51,206 nucleotides of DNA from Macrostomum lignano (lineage: Eukaryota), in assembly GCA_002269645.1 (NCBI GenBank), contig NIVC01001972.1:1-51206 (forward strand), read 5' to 3'. Below are positions 1-11,015 of the stretch, in pieces. The position numbers were made by a program, and so were the translations under genes. The notes under the pieces are model-generated. The model saw nothing but the letters and a program-made list of their open reading frames with translations. It searched no databases and was not told the DNA's origin. The stretch's first letter is position 1, and every line of letters begins with the position of its first letter.

Positions 1-483
1 AAAAGTAACATGACGAGACGAGAGTGAGCACAGTAAGCCATAACTGTGTCATCGAAATGAGCAATTCATTGCTTTTTAGTAGGCAGTATAATTATTTTTA
101 TGCTGGTTTTTTTGTGCGCAGAGTGTGCTTAAGTTTGAAAATCGCACACTGAAATAGAAAAATTAGGTGCGGTCTCACAACTTATTTTTCCTTTTAAGCT
201 TATTTGCATTCGATCTAAAAAACGAGACAATAGGTCAAGGCATTCTTGGACACAAGAGAAAGATGTGTAGACGTGTCTATATTCCCAGTTTTCTGAAGTA
301 AGAGAAATTGCACTCTGAGTCTTAAAATCGCAGCCTGAAATTAGGTTTTGGGTAGGTCTACAGGGTGCGATGTTGCAGCGTGTCTCTCGCAAAAAAACTG
401 TCATTTAATGTGTATAATGTATTTCATGAATAATAAGTAGGCTCAAGCCTTGTTATTATCACTAGGCCTACTAGGCCCTACTG

Positions 484-1094
484 CCAGGATGGAATTCTTG
501 TATTTCTTAAGTCAAACGGAATTATGGATTTTTTTATGGCGCGCAAAATATTTTTTATTGGTCGCATTTTTTATTTTGGTACTTAGCACGTCGCAAAATG
601 GTAAAACAATAAGACAATAACGAAAAATGCATTCTAAGAAAATGTAGTGATTTGAATTTTTGTCCAAATACATAATAAAATAAAGCAAAAAAAGCTTAAA
701 ATAAAGCAGTTTACTGCTAGTTTGTAAGGAATAAACAAATTTAATGCTTGTTCCTACAATTCGTACAACAGAAACTAAAGTGTCTGTAGAAGTGTTTGAA
801 TAAGTGTCGGCGAATGTTTCATATGTACTTTTCATAGAATTTTTCCAATTTTTACTTTTGTGCCTTACTTAGGCCTAGTTTTTAGTTTTTATTCTTTTTT
901 CTTCGTGATCTTAACTAGTAGGATTATCTTTTGCAAAATCCAATATTTCAAGGGCACTTTTGCATATATTAGGAATTAGCAATTTTGTCTGAAATTCTGC
1001 AACGCATTTTTTCCGGATTTTTTAATGCAAAATCGCATTTTTTTCGCGCAATCGCATAACGCGTTGTTATTTTTTTGCAAGAATTCCATCCAGG
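484..1094. mobile_element. Putative non-autonomous DNA transposon (MITE-like) remnant
   Basis: 17-bp inverted repeats: ccaggatggaattcttg (484-500) and caagaattccatccagg (1078-1094), one mismatch. Internal (c/g)caaaat/attttgc motifs recur. No transposase and no clear TSD seen. Confidence 0.35.
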
Positions 1095-1699
1095 GGCCTA
1101 CTCCACCTGTCCACCATTATCTGTTATAGTACTGTCAAATTGACAGTTTTCTAAACAATAATTTTTTAGCATAGGCCTAGACTATTGACATTTTTTGCTA
1201 TTTATTAGTTTGCAATTGCAGTATTTTGTAAAAATTAAAATTTTTGATATATTGAATAAAACCCTTGGGTTTAGTAATGCAAAGCCAAAGGCGCATGTCC
1301 AAGGTGGCCACATCTGGCTAGGCCTAAGGTCTATTCTAGCTCCTAGGATGTAGAAAGGAGTGAGAGGACTATTGAATTTTAATTCCTAGGAGCCTAAATG
1401 ATTAATTTGACTAGGAAATCCAATAAGATTTGAAAAATTTAGTTTATATTGATTTTTTTTCTATCAGATCTAGTTTGTATGAATAAAATGATACTTCATT
1501 TATAAAAATTGATAAAGGGATAAAAAGTTATTACCTTTTTATGTCCTTTTTTGTCTATTTTTGTAATGCATCTTTCCCATAAGGCCCTGTGATCAATTGT
1601 GACCAGAAGGTAAAAATATCAGAGAAAAGTGTTTGTAACTTTTGATTGGCTTGATGGATATTCAAAATTTAAAGTGTAACTTTTACCTTTTATCTAAGA

Positions 1700-1860
1700 G
1701 AATAGGCAGAATGCCTTGACAGACAGAACATCTAGAAAAAGATAGGCAGAATGCCTTGGCAGACAGAACATCTAGAAAAAGATAGGCAGAATGCCTTGGC
1801 AGACAAAATGTCTGGGAGAGGATAGGCAAAATGCCTAGGATTGGACAGCACATCCTAGGG
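1700..1860. repeat. 40-bp tandem repeat, about 4 copies
   Basis: ataggcagaatgccttggcagacagaacatctagaaaaag starts at 1702, 1742, 1782 and 1822, degenerating rightwards. Confidence 0.85.
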
Positions 1861-2714
1861 GAAAAAAGACAGCAATGTGCCCTTATTGAACAGCACCTTC
1901 TGGCTATTAAAAGGCAAAATGCCTTTAAAGAAAGAAAGCTGACTCAATGGCTTTTTTAGAACTAATATTCAATAGGCATATAAGCATGATAATGAAGCTC
2001 AAAGCAGAGGCAAGTTGCTTCTCTACTGTGTATTTTGCTTGTTTTATACTACAAATATCAAATTTTAAACAAATATTAGACAAGAATTTATTCTACATAA
2101 TGATAGAATAATAAAAGATATTTTAAAGCATATCGAGGTGAATGATTTTATTAGAAAAATAGGGAAATTTTGTGAATAGAAAAAGTTCATAATTTGCACA
2201 GTATAGCAATATATGATTGTGCATAGAATAAGCAAGGTGTCTATAATAAGGCAAATTGAATAACTAATAACTAAAAAACACTGCTACTTTACCTTGTGGC
2301 CACATTTGTTTGTGGCCACCTTGTTCTGTTACCAGTAATGCTAGGTCTAATGATAGTATGCCTAAAAACTCTAGGCAGTCTAGTGAGATTTTTAAAGTTA
2401 GGCCTAATTTTTAGTATTTATTTCTATTTTATTTTATAAATCTCATTTGCATGAGTAAAAATATACCTTTATAGAAAAAATGGTCAAGTAATATAAAAAT
2501 TATAAATCTTTTTGTATCTAAAAATTGATGATTCAATTTTTTCATAATATACTTGTATTTTGCTTAGGCCTATTGAAACTTGATTTTTTATAAATGTTTT
2601 TTTAACATTACTTTTTATTTAACTAATTTCTATTCTTAATATGATATTTTTTTAGCTTTTTTATCCTTTATCAATTGATAAAAAATTGAAATTCTTTTGT
2701 TATAAAATCACATA

Positions 2715-3365
2715 GCACTATTTGGATAACAGTTGTTTTGGTGACAAGATATTTTGGTGACAGTTATTTCAGTGACAAGCAAAGGTCAATTCGGTAATGA
2801 GAAAAAGACCTATTCAGTGAAAACCATTGTGGTTACAAATAGTAAATTATCTAGCCAATTATAACTGATATGAAACTTTAATTTTAGATGTTTTCTGAAA
2901 TGAGAAAGTATTTTTTCATTTAATTTTGTTTATTTACTATTACAAAAATATGATCTTTTGAACTTGTATATTTTCCAAAGCCAGTGTGCTCTTGTCACAG
3001 TCAGTATTTTGTTATAAGGATCCTCTATATGTTTATGGCTTGTGTCTGAATATTCTAGGAAAATTCAAAATGATCTGCACAAAAAAACATTATAATTTGT
3101 TTTTTTTCTTAAATTTCCCAAATACAAATATAAATAATAAATATTTTGATGGATTTTTTCAAATATATAAGAAACATAAATCTTAACAAAAACTACAAAC
3201 TGATGAACTGATATCTATGAAGTGCCTCGTGTCACTAAAATGACTAAAGTCACCAAATCTTCTATTTTTTACAAAAGGTTAACAATGTCTGCCACAGAAT
3301 AAATTTGTCACTAAAACAACTATTTGTCACTGAAATCACTTGTCACTTAAACAACTGACACTGCA
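2715..3365. mobile_element. Degenerate element with inverted subterminal motif arrays
   Basis: Clustered ttt(t/c)(a/g)gtgaca motifs at ~2720-2780 mirror clustered tgtcact(a/g)aaa motifs at ~3230-3360. Confidence 0.3.
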
Positions 3366-4512
3366 TTATCCCTATGAAGTCGGGACTTTTGATATATAAT
3401 CTCCTTTAGAAGACAGAAAATTATAAGTTAAAATTACTCTTAAAATCAAACTTCTAAATAGGACCACTTCTAAGTGCAGTATTTTAGCATCAAATCTTGT
3501 GTCTTGTAGGAATGCAGCTTATATTTATTTTTGTGGTATGATCATTTAAACGGTGAAATTATATTGAAGGGATCATATTTTGAAATTTTAGGAAATTATC
3601 AGTATATTAATCAATGAAAGTGAGAGGGTGCATATGGTCTGAATTCTGCACAAAAACAAGCAAAAAAACAAACTTGTTGCAATTGTCAGAAATGAGTTTC
3701 TGCTACTTTTTTGTAATATGATCCAAACATTACAAAATTGCTATTGAATTGATCTTGAAACGAAGTGTCACCCCTCTCACTTTTGTTATCCAATCCCCTT
3801 AATACAATTTCAAGCAAATTCACTATTTGAGGGATTCTATTCCAAAGTGAATATATGTGTAGCTTGTGAATTCGGAAAGTGAATATATAGTTTGTCTTTT
3901 TTGATCAAATTGTACAAAGAATACACTTTTGCAACAACTATGATTATTACAGTGGTATGATAAAGTGGCAACTGACCTTGCCCATATGCAAGGGGATTAT
4001 ATAACAAAACAGTGCAACAGGGGGAGTGGCATAATGAAAGAATGCCAAAATTTAATATCGCCAAAATAACCAAAACCCTTGCAAAGCTTTAAAGAAGTAT
4101 GTTGTAGGCCTAAAGTTGTTAGTAAGAAGGGTGAGAAACATTAAGCAGATTTGTAGAGCTTTATCAGTAGAGGCTTAACAGAGGTTGTTTCAGTCTCTTT
4201 AAAGTTGGGTTTTGTTAAAATTCTTTCACTTTGAGGAACACAGCAACAGACTGCTTCTACTACCTTCTAGGGCAATTAAAGAAGTTTTTCTCTATGCTCT
4301 TGTTGCTAGGGTCCTGCGGGCCTCAAGTAGTGTGTTTTTTCACTTCTAGCCAGTCCCTTGTCTTTACACCTCTAGTCATCTTGGTGGTTTTCACACTTCT
4401 GACTCCCGATAGTCTGCAATTCAAAGGTGCAAAGGGGGTTATTTTGTTGTCAAACTTTCACAGACGCTTCTAAAGTAGTTTCACTTTAATTGCTTATTCT
4501 GATGCTAAAAGC

Positions 4513-5709
4513 ATGGGTAAACACAAGCAAAAAAAACATGTTCAGGAAGAGGACGCAGCAGAGCCAGTGGTTGATGCTGAGCCTCAGGAGGCTGAGGTCG
4601 AGGAAGCTGCCGCTGCCCCGATGGTGCCAAGGTTCGCAGGCCCCAGGTGAGTGATTTCTGTGACTTCTGTGTGCACTTACATCCTTTGTAGTCCACTTGG
4701 CTGCTCGCTCAACTTTTGGCCTTGCTTAGAAGATTTACATGCTTTTAACTCTCCACTCAGTTCCCTCAGCTGGTCACTACCCCTACCCTCAGTTCCCTCA
4801 GCTGGTCACTCACCCTCAGCTGGTCACTCACCCTCAGCTGGTCACTCACCCTCAGCTGGTCACCAACCCTCCTCAGCTGGTCACTCACCCTCAGCTGGTC
4901 ACCAACCCTCCTCAGCTGGTCACTCACCCTCAGCTGGTCACTCACCCTCAGCTGGTCACCAACCCTCCTCAGCGGGTCACTCACCCTCAGCTGGTCACTC
5001 ACCCTCAGCTGGTCACCAACCCTCCTCAGCGGGTCACTCACCCTCAGCTGGTCACTCATCCTCAGCTGGTCACTCACCCTCAGCTGGTCACCAACCCTCC
5101 TCAGCGGGTCACTCACCCTCAGCTGGTCACTCACCCTCAGCTGGTCACCAACCCTCCTCAGCGGGTCACTCACCCTCAGCTGGTCACTCACCCTCAGCTG
5201 GTCACTCACCCTCAGCTGGTCACCAACCCTCCTCAGCGGGTCACTCACCCTCAGCTGGTCACTCGCAAGCACACCAGATTCCCCAACCAAACTGGCAGGT
5301 GAAAATGTCCTACGAGGAGCAGCTGAACTACGTGACGCCCATAGCCAATCCAATGGCCCCAAAGAAGGTGAACAAAAAGCTGCTCAAACTTATCCGCAAA
5401 GCCAAACGCGGCAAGAAAGTTCACCAAGGCGTGAAACTCATTCCTAAGCTGATTGTAAAGAAGCGCCAATCTGGCATTGTGGTTATCGCTGGTGACGTCA
5501 CCCCGATCGATGTTGTCTCTCACCTGCCGTTGCTGCTGGAGGAGCACAGCGTACCTTATTGTTATTCGCCGTCTAAACGCGAAATTGGCGCCGCCTGCGG
5601 TTCCCGACGCGGCATCGCTCTGGTGTTCGTGCAGCGACACGACGATTTTGGCGACCTGTTCGACAAGATGCGCGACAAATTGCTTGAACTGCCGCTGCCC
5701 ATCTCCTAA
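4513..5709 (+). CDS. NHP2: H/ACA snoRNP subunit NHP2 (L7Ae/L30e family), 2 exons
   Basis: Exon 1 runs from ATG 4513 (MGKHKQKK...) to donor CAG|GTGAGT at 4646. Exon 2 is 5299-5709 (VKMSYEEQLNYVTPIANPMA...GVK...GIVVIAGDVTPIDVVSHLPLLLEEHSVPYCYSPSKREIGAACGSRR...LPLPIS*) and matches the NHP2 pattern recalled from human and fly. The best donor is one base out of phase with exon 2 (see findings). Confidence 0.88.
4780..5263. repeat. 18/21-bp intronic minisatellite in NHP2
   Basis: Alternating cactcaccctcagctggt and caccaaccctcctcagc(t/g)ggt units between the NHP2 donor and acceptor. Confidence 0.95.
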
Positions 5710-5789
5710 GATTGTCTGCTGGGAGTCTGGAGCTGTATTGTAGTTTAGTCCTGATTAAGAATTAAGACTATAGTCTATTTGCAAACATA

Positions 5790-5899
5790 AGTACACTCAG
5801 CAGCATGTTAAAGTTTCCATCCCGGAAAGCAGTGGTTAAATTTCCACTTGTTCACCACTGATTTGGTTGTGGAAACTTTTACACGTTGCTGGGTATGCT
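5790..5899 (+). other. Long imperfect stem-loop downstream of the NHP2 stop
   Basis: 5795-5819 pairs with 5870-5894 (25 positions, 2 mismatches, 2 G-U). The inner stems are ccgga/uuugg and caguggu/accacug. Confidence 0.6.
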
Positions 5900-6049
5900 G
5901 TCTATGGGTCTATGGTTTCGATAGTACAATGGAGTTTTAATTGTTAACCCAGTCTAAGCTACTCGAAAACACCCCAAAGCACAGATTCTATATTACCTAG
6001 ATGCCACTCCAGCATTCGCTAATGTATTTAGCGGCTGTCTCCGAGGTCC

Positions 6050-6216
6050 TGAAAACCCCGGGGTTTGTGCCATAGACACCAGCTGCTAATGCTTGAGAGC
6101 AGCAGAAGCTACAGTCTATGGTCCGAACCCCGGGGTTAGGGCTACAGACACCAGCTGCTGCTACTAATGCTTGAGAGCAGCAGAAGCTACAGTCTATGGT
6201 CCGAACCCCGGGGTTA
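6050..6216. repeat. ~72-78-bp duplicated unit with internal palindromes
   Basis: aaccccggggtt occurs at 6054, 6126 and 6204. The first unit is bounded by the inverted pair ccatagac...gtctatgg. Confidence 0.7.
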
Positions 6217-6684
6217 GAGAGTTTTGGGCCGCAGGGATATAGGCCTCTAGACTCCTTCAACTCGGCTATTTCAGTTTTGGCCATAGACAAAAGCTAAAAA
6301 ATGCCTCTAACTATGGTCGCGGTCCATCTAAGTGTGTCTTGTCTTAGTTTGTGCGCTTCTTTTCAACAATGGAATTCAATTAATGCTAGTTTATGACTCT
6401 TGCGGGTCAAATTATTTTCAAGATTGCTAGTTCAGTGCAACTTTTTCCTGTACAAATTGTTTAACAAAAATGCCTTTAATAGTTCCAATTAATAACTCTG
6501 TGCGCGTTTGAAAGCATTTTTTATTATAAAGAAGGTGCATTGCAATTACAATATTTGGTAGCTAAATACTTTAAAGCTGTGGCTATACAAACAATTCTGT
6601 CTGCTGGATTGGAATTCTGTTTCTTGTTCTGTTGTTTCTTTTTTAATTTCTATATTTAGCTAATGGCTTTGTTAATCTCAATAC

Positions 6685-6965
6685 CCTCTCCATCACCCTC
6701 CGTACCCTCTCAATACCCTCTCCATACCCTCCGTACCCTCTCAATACCCTCCGTACCCTCTCAATACCCTCCCTAGCCTCGCGATCCCTTCCTTACTCTA
6801 TCTGTAACCTCCCCTGTCCCTGCCCAATACCCTCCCTGCCCTCCCAATACCCTCCCTGCCCTCCCAATACTCTTCCGACCTATCCATACCTCTGTACCCT
6901 CTTAAATACCTTCACGACCCTCTGCATACTCCGTTACCTCCACCTACCCTCTTTACCCTCCCTCT
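6685..6965. repeat. C-rich degenerate repeat (aataccctc-like)
   Basis: Repeated taccctc/ccctccct motifs. Confidence 0.7.
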
Positions 6966-7164
6966 ACTTACCAAAACTTCACACCCTCAATCACCTTACC
7001 GTTCTCGTACCATCCCACTTCATTTTATTTCATCCTCTCATTCAATCCCGTGTCTGTGGCACCTCAACGACCCACCACCATTTATAGCCCTTTGCTTTCA
7101 CTCAATATCGAACAAAAAACTGTAATACAGCCTTTTCTCCCTTATTTGCATGCGCACTTGAAAA

Positions 7165-7548
7165 ATGTCCGACGAAGTGAATCCCAAAGCTTATCCGTTG
7201 GCTGACGCTGTGCTGACAGAGAAAATTCTCGAGCTGGTGAAACAGGCAGTCAGCTACAAGCAGATGAAGAAAGGCGCTAATGAAGCTACAAAAGCTCTGA
7301 ACAGAGGCCTAGCCGAGTTCATAGTGATGGCGGCTGATGCTGAGCCACTGGAGATTCTGCTGCACCTGCCGTTGCTATGCGAGGACAAAAATGTGCCGTA
7401 TGTGTTTGTCCGATCCAAGGTGAATCTGGGCAGGTGCTGCGGAGTCAAGCGGCCTGTCATCGCCTGCGCCGTACTGCAGAACGAAGGCTCGGAGCTGAAA
7501 CCGCTGATCAACTCGCTGCAACAGTCTATTGAGAAGCTGCTAATCTGA
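7165..7548 (+). CDS. SNU13: U4/U6 and box C/D snoRNP 15.5-kDa protein (SNU13/NHP2L1); CDS intronless
   Basis: The 127-aa [14 protein letters not shown]...[17 protein letters not shown]...[35 protein letters not shown]...[14 protein letters not shown] is near-identical to the conserved NHP2L1/Snu13 sequence. AATAAA at ~7680. Confidence 0.97.
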   Translation: MSDEVNPKAYPLADAVLTEKILELVKQAVSYKQMKKGANEATKALNRGLAEFIVMAADAEPLEILLHLPLLCEDKNVPYVFVRSKVNLGRCCGVKRPVIACAVLQNEGSELKPLINSLQQSIEKLLI

Positions 7549-8386
7549 TGCGGAATATTAATTATGGCATTCATTAATTATTCATTACTTTTCAACTAAT
7601 TGTTGCTATGAGGATGGGTTACTTAGTTTAATTTTGTGCGTTTTATGGGACAGTAATTGACAAGTTTATTAATACATTTAATAAAAATATAATTACTAAC
7701 TAATGGCATTTCGATTCTAGCTAGCTGCGTCACTCGCGTTGTTGTTGGCGACTAAATATTGTGTACATTTTTGGAAACCTTTAGTCTGAATTGTTGTTTG
7801 CTTTTGTTAGTCTTTTTTATTTCGGTTCTGAACACGACCCTGGTTCGATTCCGTAAGCGGCCACACGGAGTGTACATGTCTGATGCAAGGACTACTTAAC
7901 AACACAGGACGTTACACTTGCAAATATTGGCAGAATTCTCAGAGGCCGCTTTGAATGCATGTCTTTGGTTTTAGTGGCCTTTTTGCTTAGTAATTCGCAT
8001 GGCAGCGCAGCATGATTTCGACTGTCAAAACATTGTCGAGACACATCTTAAGTGCTGCACTCCCTCACAGCGCATCTGTCCAACTACGAGTATATTCGAT
8101 GAGGTTTATGTACAACCTCTGCGTCTTCGTGGGTGTCACGTCATTTGATAGCCAGAGGATACTCCAGATAAGCTAGCACGTACAGACATCCGCATTTGTA
8201 GCCCGGCTCGTTCCAATTTACAGTCTTCATCCATAATTTTTTCAACCAAGTAATTCGTCTTATCCAAATTGCATGTACACACATTTGGTGGGACAGTTGT
8301 GAATGTAACAACCACTTTACTAAGCGTCTTTTACTTTACTTGAAAGTCTTTACTAATCAAGGTTTTTTCGACGCTTTCATTTAGAG

Positions 8387-8660
8387 GGCTCCAGTCTCCA
8401 ATCTAAGTAGACTCCAGTCTCTAATCTAAGTAGACTCCAGTCTCTAATCTAAGTAGACTCCAGTCTCCAATCTAAGTAGACTCCAGTCTCTAATCTAAGT
8501 AGACTCCAGTCTCCAATCTAAGTAGACTCCAGTCTCTAATCTAAGTAGACTCCAGTCTCCAATCTAAGTAGACTCCAGTCTCCAATCTAAGTAGACTCCA
8601 GTCTCCAATCTAAGTAGACTCCAGTCTCCAATCTAAGTAGACTCCAGTCTCTAATCTAAC
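8387..8660. repeat. 23-bp tandem repeat, ~12 copies
   Basis: gactccagtct(c/t)caatctaagta-type unit with period 23 (8410, 8433, 8456...). Confidence 0.95.
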
Positions 8661-9540
8661 CGTAGGCTAAAAGGCTAAAGACTCCAGCTCCCAATTTAAG
8701 TAGTGATAAATAAACAAATAACAACCGCTGACTTTAAATACCTTAGCTACGCTCGTAAATCGTGTCATTTTGCGTTAGTAAAATGAATAGAAAAAGTGGA
8801 ATAATTATAAATTTATATTTTGTGTATTTGCTAAATGTGAGTAATAAACAAATACGAGCTATTAGATATTGAAGGCTGCAGACGTAGGCAAAATTGCATT
8901 GAATAAATATAAAGCGGCAACTTGCAGCAGTTAAGTTGTCACGGCAAAAGTTGTAAAAAGCTTCGCAAGAAAAAAATAACAAAGCAGAATAAAAGTGGAG
9001 CTGGCAGCGAAGCAGAAGCAAAAGTTATCAATCAACTGTAACAAATCAAGCTCAAAAACAGATTAAAGTTCAAATATATCAGACTAGACAGGTGCTGAAA
9101 AAATTATAAATCATAAATAAAATAATTAGGCGCAGTACAATTTGCGCAACTAGCTACTAATACAAGCACTGTTTTAAGGCGTACGAGCATACAATGCGCA
9201 TTTTAGCACCTAAATTTGCTGTGGCTATAAATAATAAATAAAATTTTGCTAATCGACTTACGAGTAATATCAGAATATTCAAATTGAGTTATAAAGGTAA
9301 ATTGATTTAACGATAAAATTTCAAACTAAAGAGTTAGCAATAAATAAACAAATAAAGAACCAATGCAAAGTTATGAAGACCAAAAGGTCTGTATTAATTT
9401 TAGAGTTTATATTTCTATACCGCGATTCTGCGATATACTGCGATTCAATGAAGATCCACAGGTAAGTAAAATTTAAGGGCAACTCGATTACAATTAGTTC
9501 TGCAATCTTTTAAAGGTAAATATCAAAAACATAACATTTT

Positions 9541-10350
9541 ATCCTCCCACACCATCCCGAATGTCCTCACACCATCCCGAGTGTCCCCACACCATCCAGA
9601 GTGTCCCCACACCATCCAGAGTGTCCTCACACCATCTCGAGTGTCCTCACACCATCCCGAATGTCCTCACACCATCCCGAGTGTCCCCACACCATCCCGA
9701 ATGTCCTCACACCATCCCAAATGTCCTCACACCATCCAGAGTGTCCTCACACCATCCAGAGTGTCCTCACACCATCCAGTGTCCCCACACCATCCAGAGT
9801 GTCCCCACACCACCCAGAGTGTCCCCACACCATCCAGAGTGTCCCCACACCACCCAGAGTATCCTCACACCACCCAGAGTATCCTCACACCACCCAGAGT
9901 ATCCTCACACCACCCAGAGTATCCTCACACCACCCAGAGTATCCTCACACCACCCAGAGTATCCTCACACCACCCAGAGTGTCCCCACACCATCCAGAGT
10001 GTCCTCACACCACCCAGAGTATCCTCACACCACCCAGAGTGTCCCCACACCACCCAGAGTGTCCCCACACCATCCAGGGTGTCCCCACACCACCCAGAGT
10101 GTCCTCACACCACCCAGAGTGTCCTCACACCACCCAGTGTCCTCACACCACCCAGTGTATCCTCACACCACCCAGAGTGTCCTCACACCACCCAGTGTCC
10201 TCACACCACCCAGAGTATCCTCACACCACCCAGTGTCCTCACACCACCCAGAGTGTCCCCACAGCATACCGAATGTACCCACATCATCCCGAGTGTCCCC
10301 AAACTATTTTGATGTTCCCACACCATCCTGAGTGTCCCCACACCATCCCA
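9541..10350. repeat. 20-bp tandem repeat, ~40 copies
   Basis: gt(g/a)tcc(t/c)cacacca(t/c)ccaga unit. The three overlapping ORFs here are artefacts. Confidence 0.95.
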
Positions 10351-11015
10351 AATGGTGGTGTCTAAAGTTGAAGTAAAATTTCTCGCACCTGTTGCCCTCC
10401 ATTCGAACGCAGCAAAGTGTCTGCGGCTTCATCATCAATACGGTCAAAAAAGTTCGTCACCCCTATTGCAACTACAAGCTGCACTAGTTGCATATATGGA
10501 ATATTTAAATATGAATTCATACTGTCAATAATAGTTGTAAATGAATTTTCATAGCTGTCACGATTAAAAATACACAGCAAAATTGTATTGAATAAAAAGT
10601 ATATGCATATGCAATCGTTTGTATTAAAACAGTTTTACTGGAATAGACGCACACACGGCATTATGATTGATAGGTTACCTTCACGGGTATTAACTAATCA
10701 ACTGATCAATTCGCCGATATGTAGCGTAGGAAACTATCGGGCAATCCATTTTTGTTGCTACCCAAATGCTTTTTTATAGCTGAAGAAAAACAATTAAAAG
10801 CTTCAAATTTAGATCGCCTCGTTCAATATATGAGTTGTCGGGGTGATGGGATTCCCTATGTGTCCACCGATATGTAGCGTAGAAAACTTTATCAGGCAAT
10901 ATCGAAAAAACGTTACAATCGTATCTATGGCAACCGATTTGTTGCTATGCAAATAGCTATGGACAAAAAATGTTGCCATGCGGATGTAGCTTAAGAGAAC
11001 GGGTGCACATCCGGT

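Noticed and set aside
4050-4470. Stop-riddled minus-strand frame that looks like a decayed coding sequence
   Set aside because: No recognisable motif, so it cannot be assigned to any family without a database search.
4651-5298. SAGHSP-repeat N-terminal extension on NHP2 in the ORF track
   Set aside because: It is the intronic 18/21-bp minisatellite read through from a GTG inside the intron. A proper ATG exon with a donor lies upstream.
8387-8660. Regular arrays (23-, 50-, 65-bp) considered as CRISPR-like
   Set aside because: They are head-to-tail repeats with no unique spacers, there are no cas genes, and the context is eukaryotic.
9561-10365. His/Pro-rich ORFs in three frames, and similar ORFs at 15608-16379, 30126-31040, 31351-32224, 41695-42458, 43661-45190, 47564-48579 and 49147-49656
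   Set aside because: All are translations of micro/minisatellites that are open in several frames at once, and many lie inside demonstrable introns.
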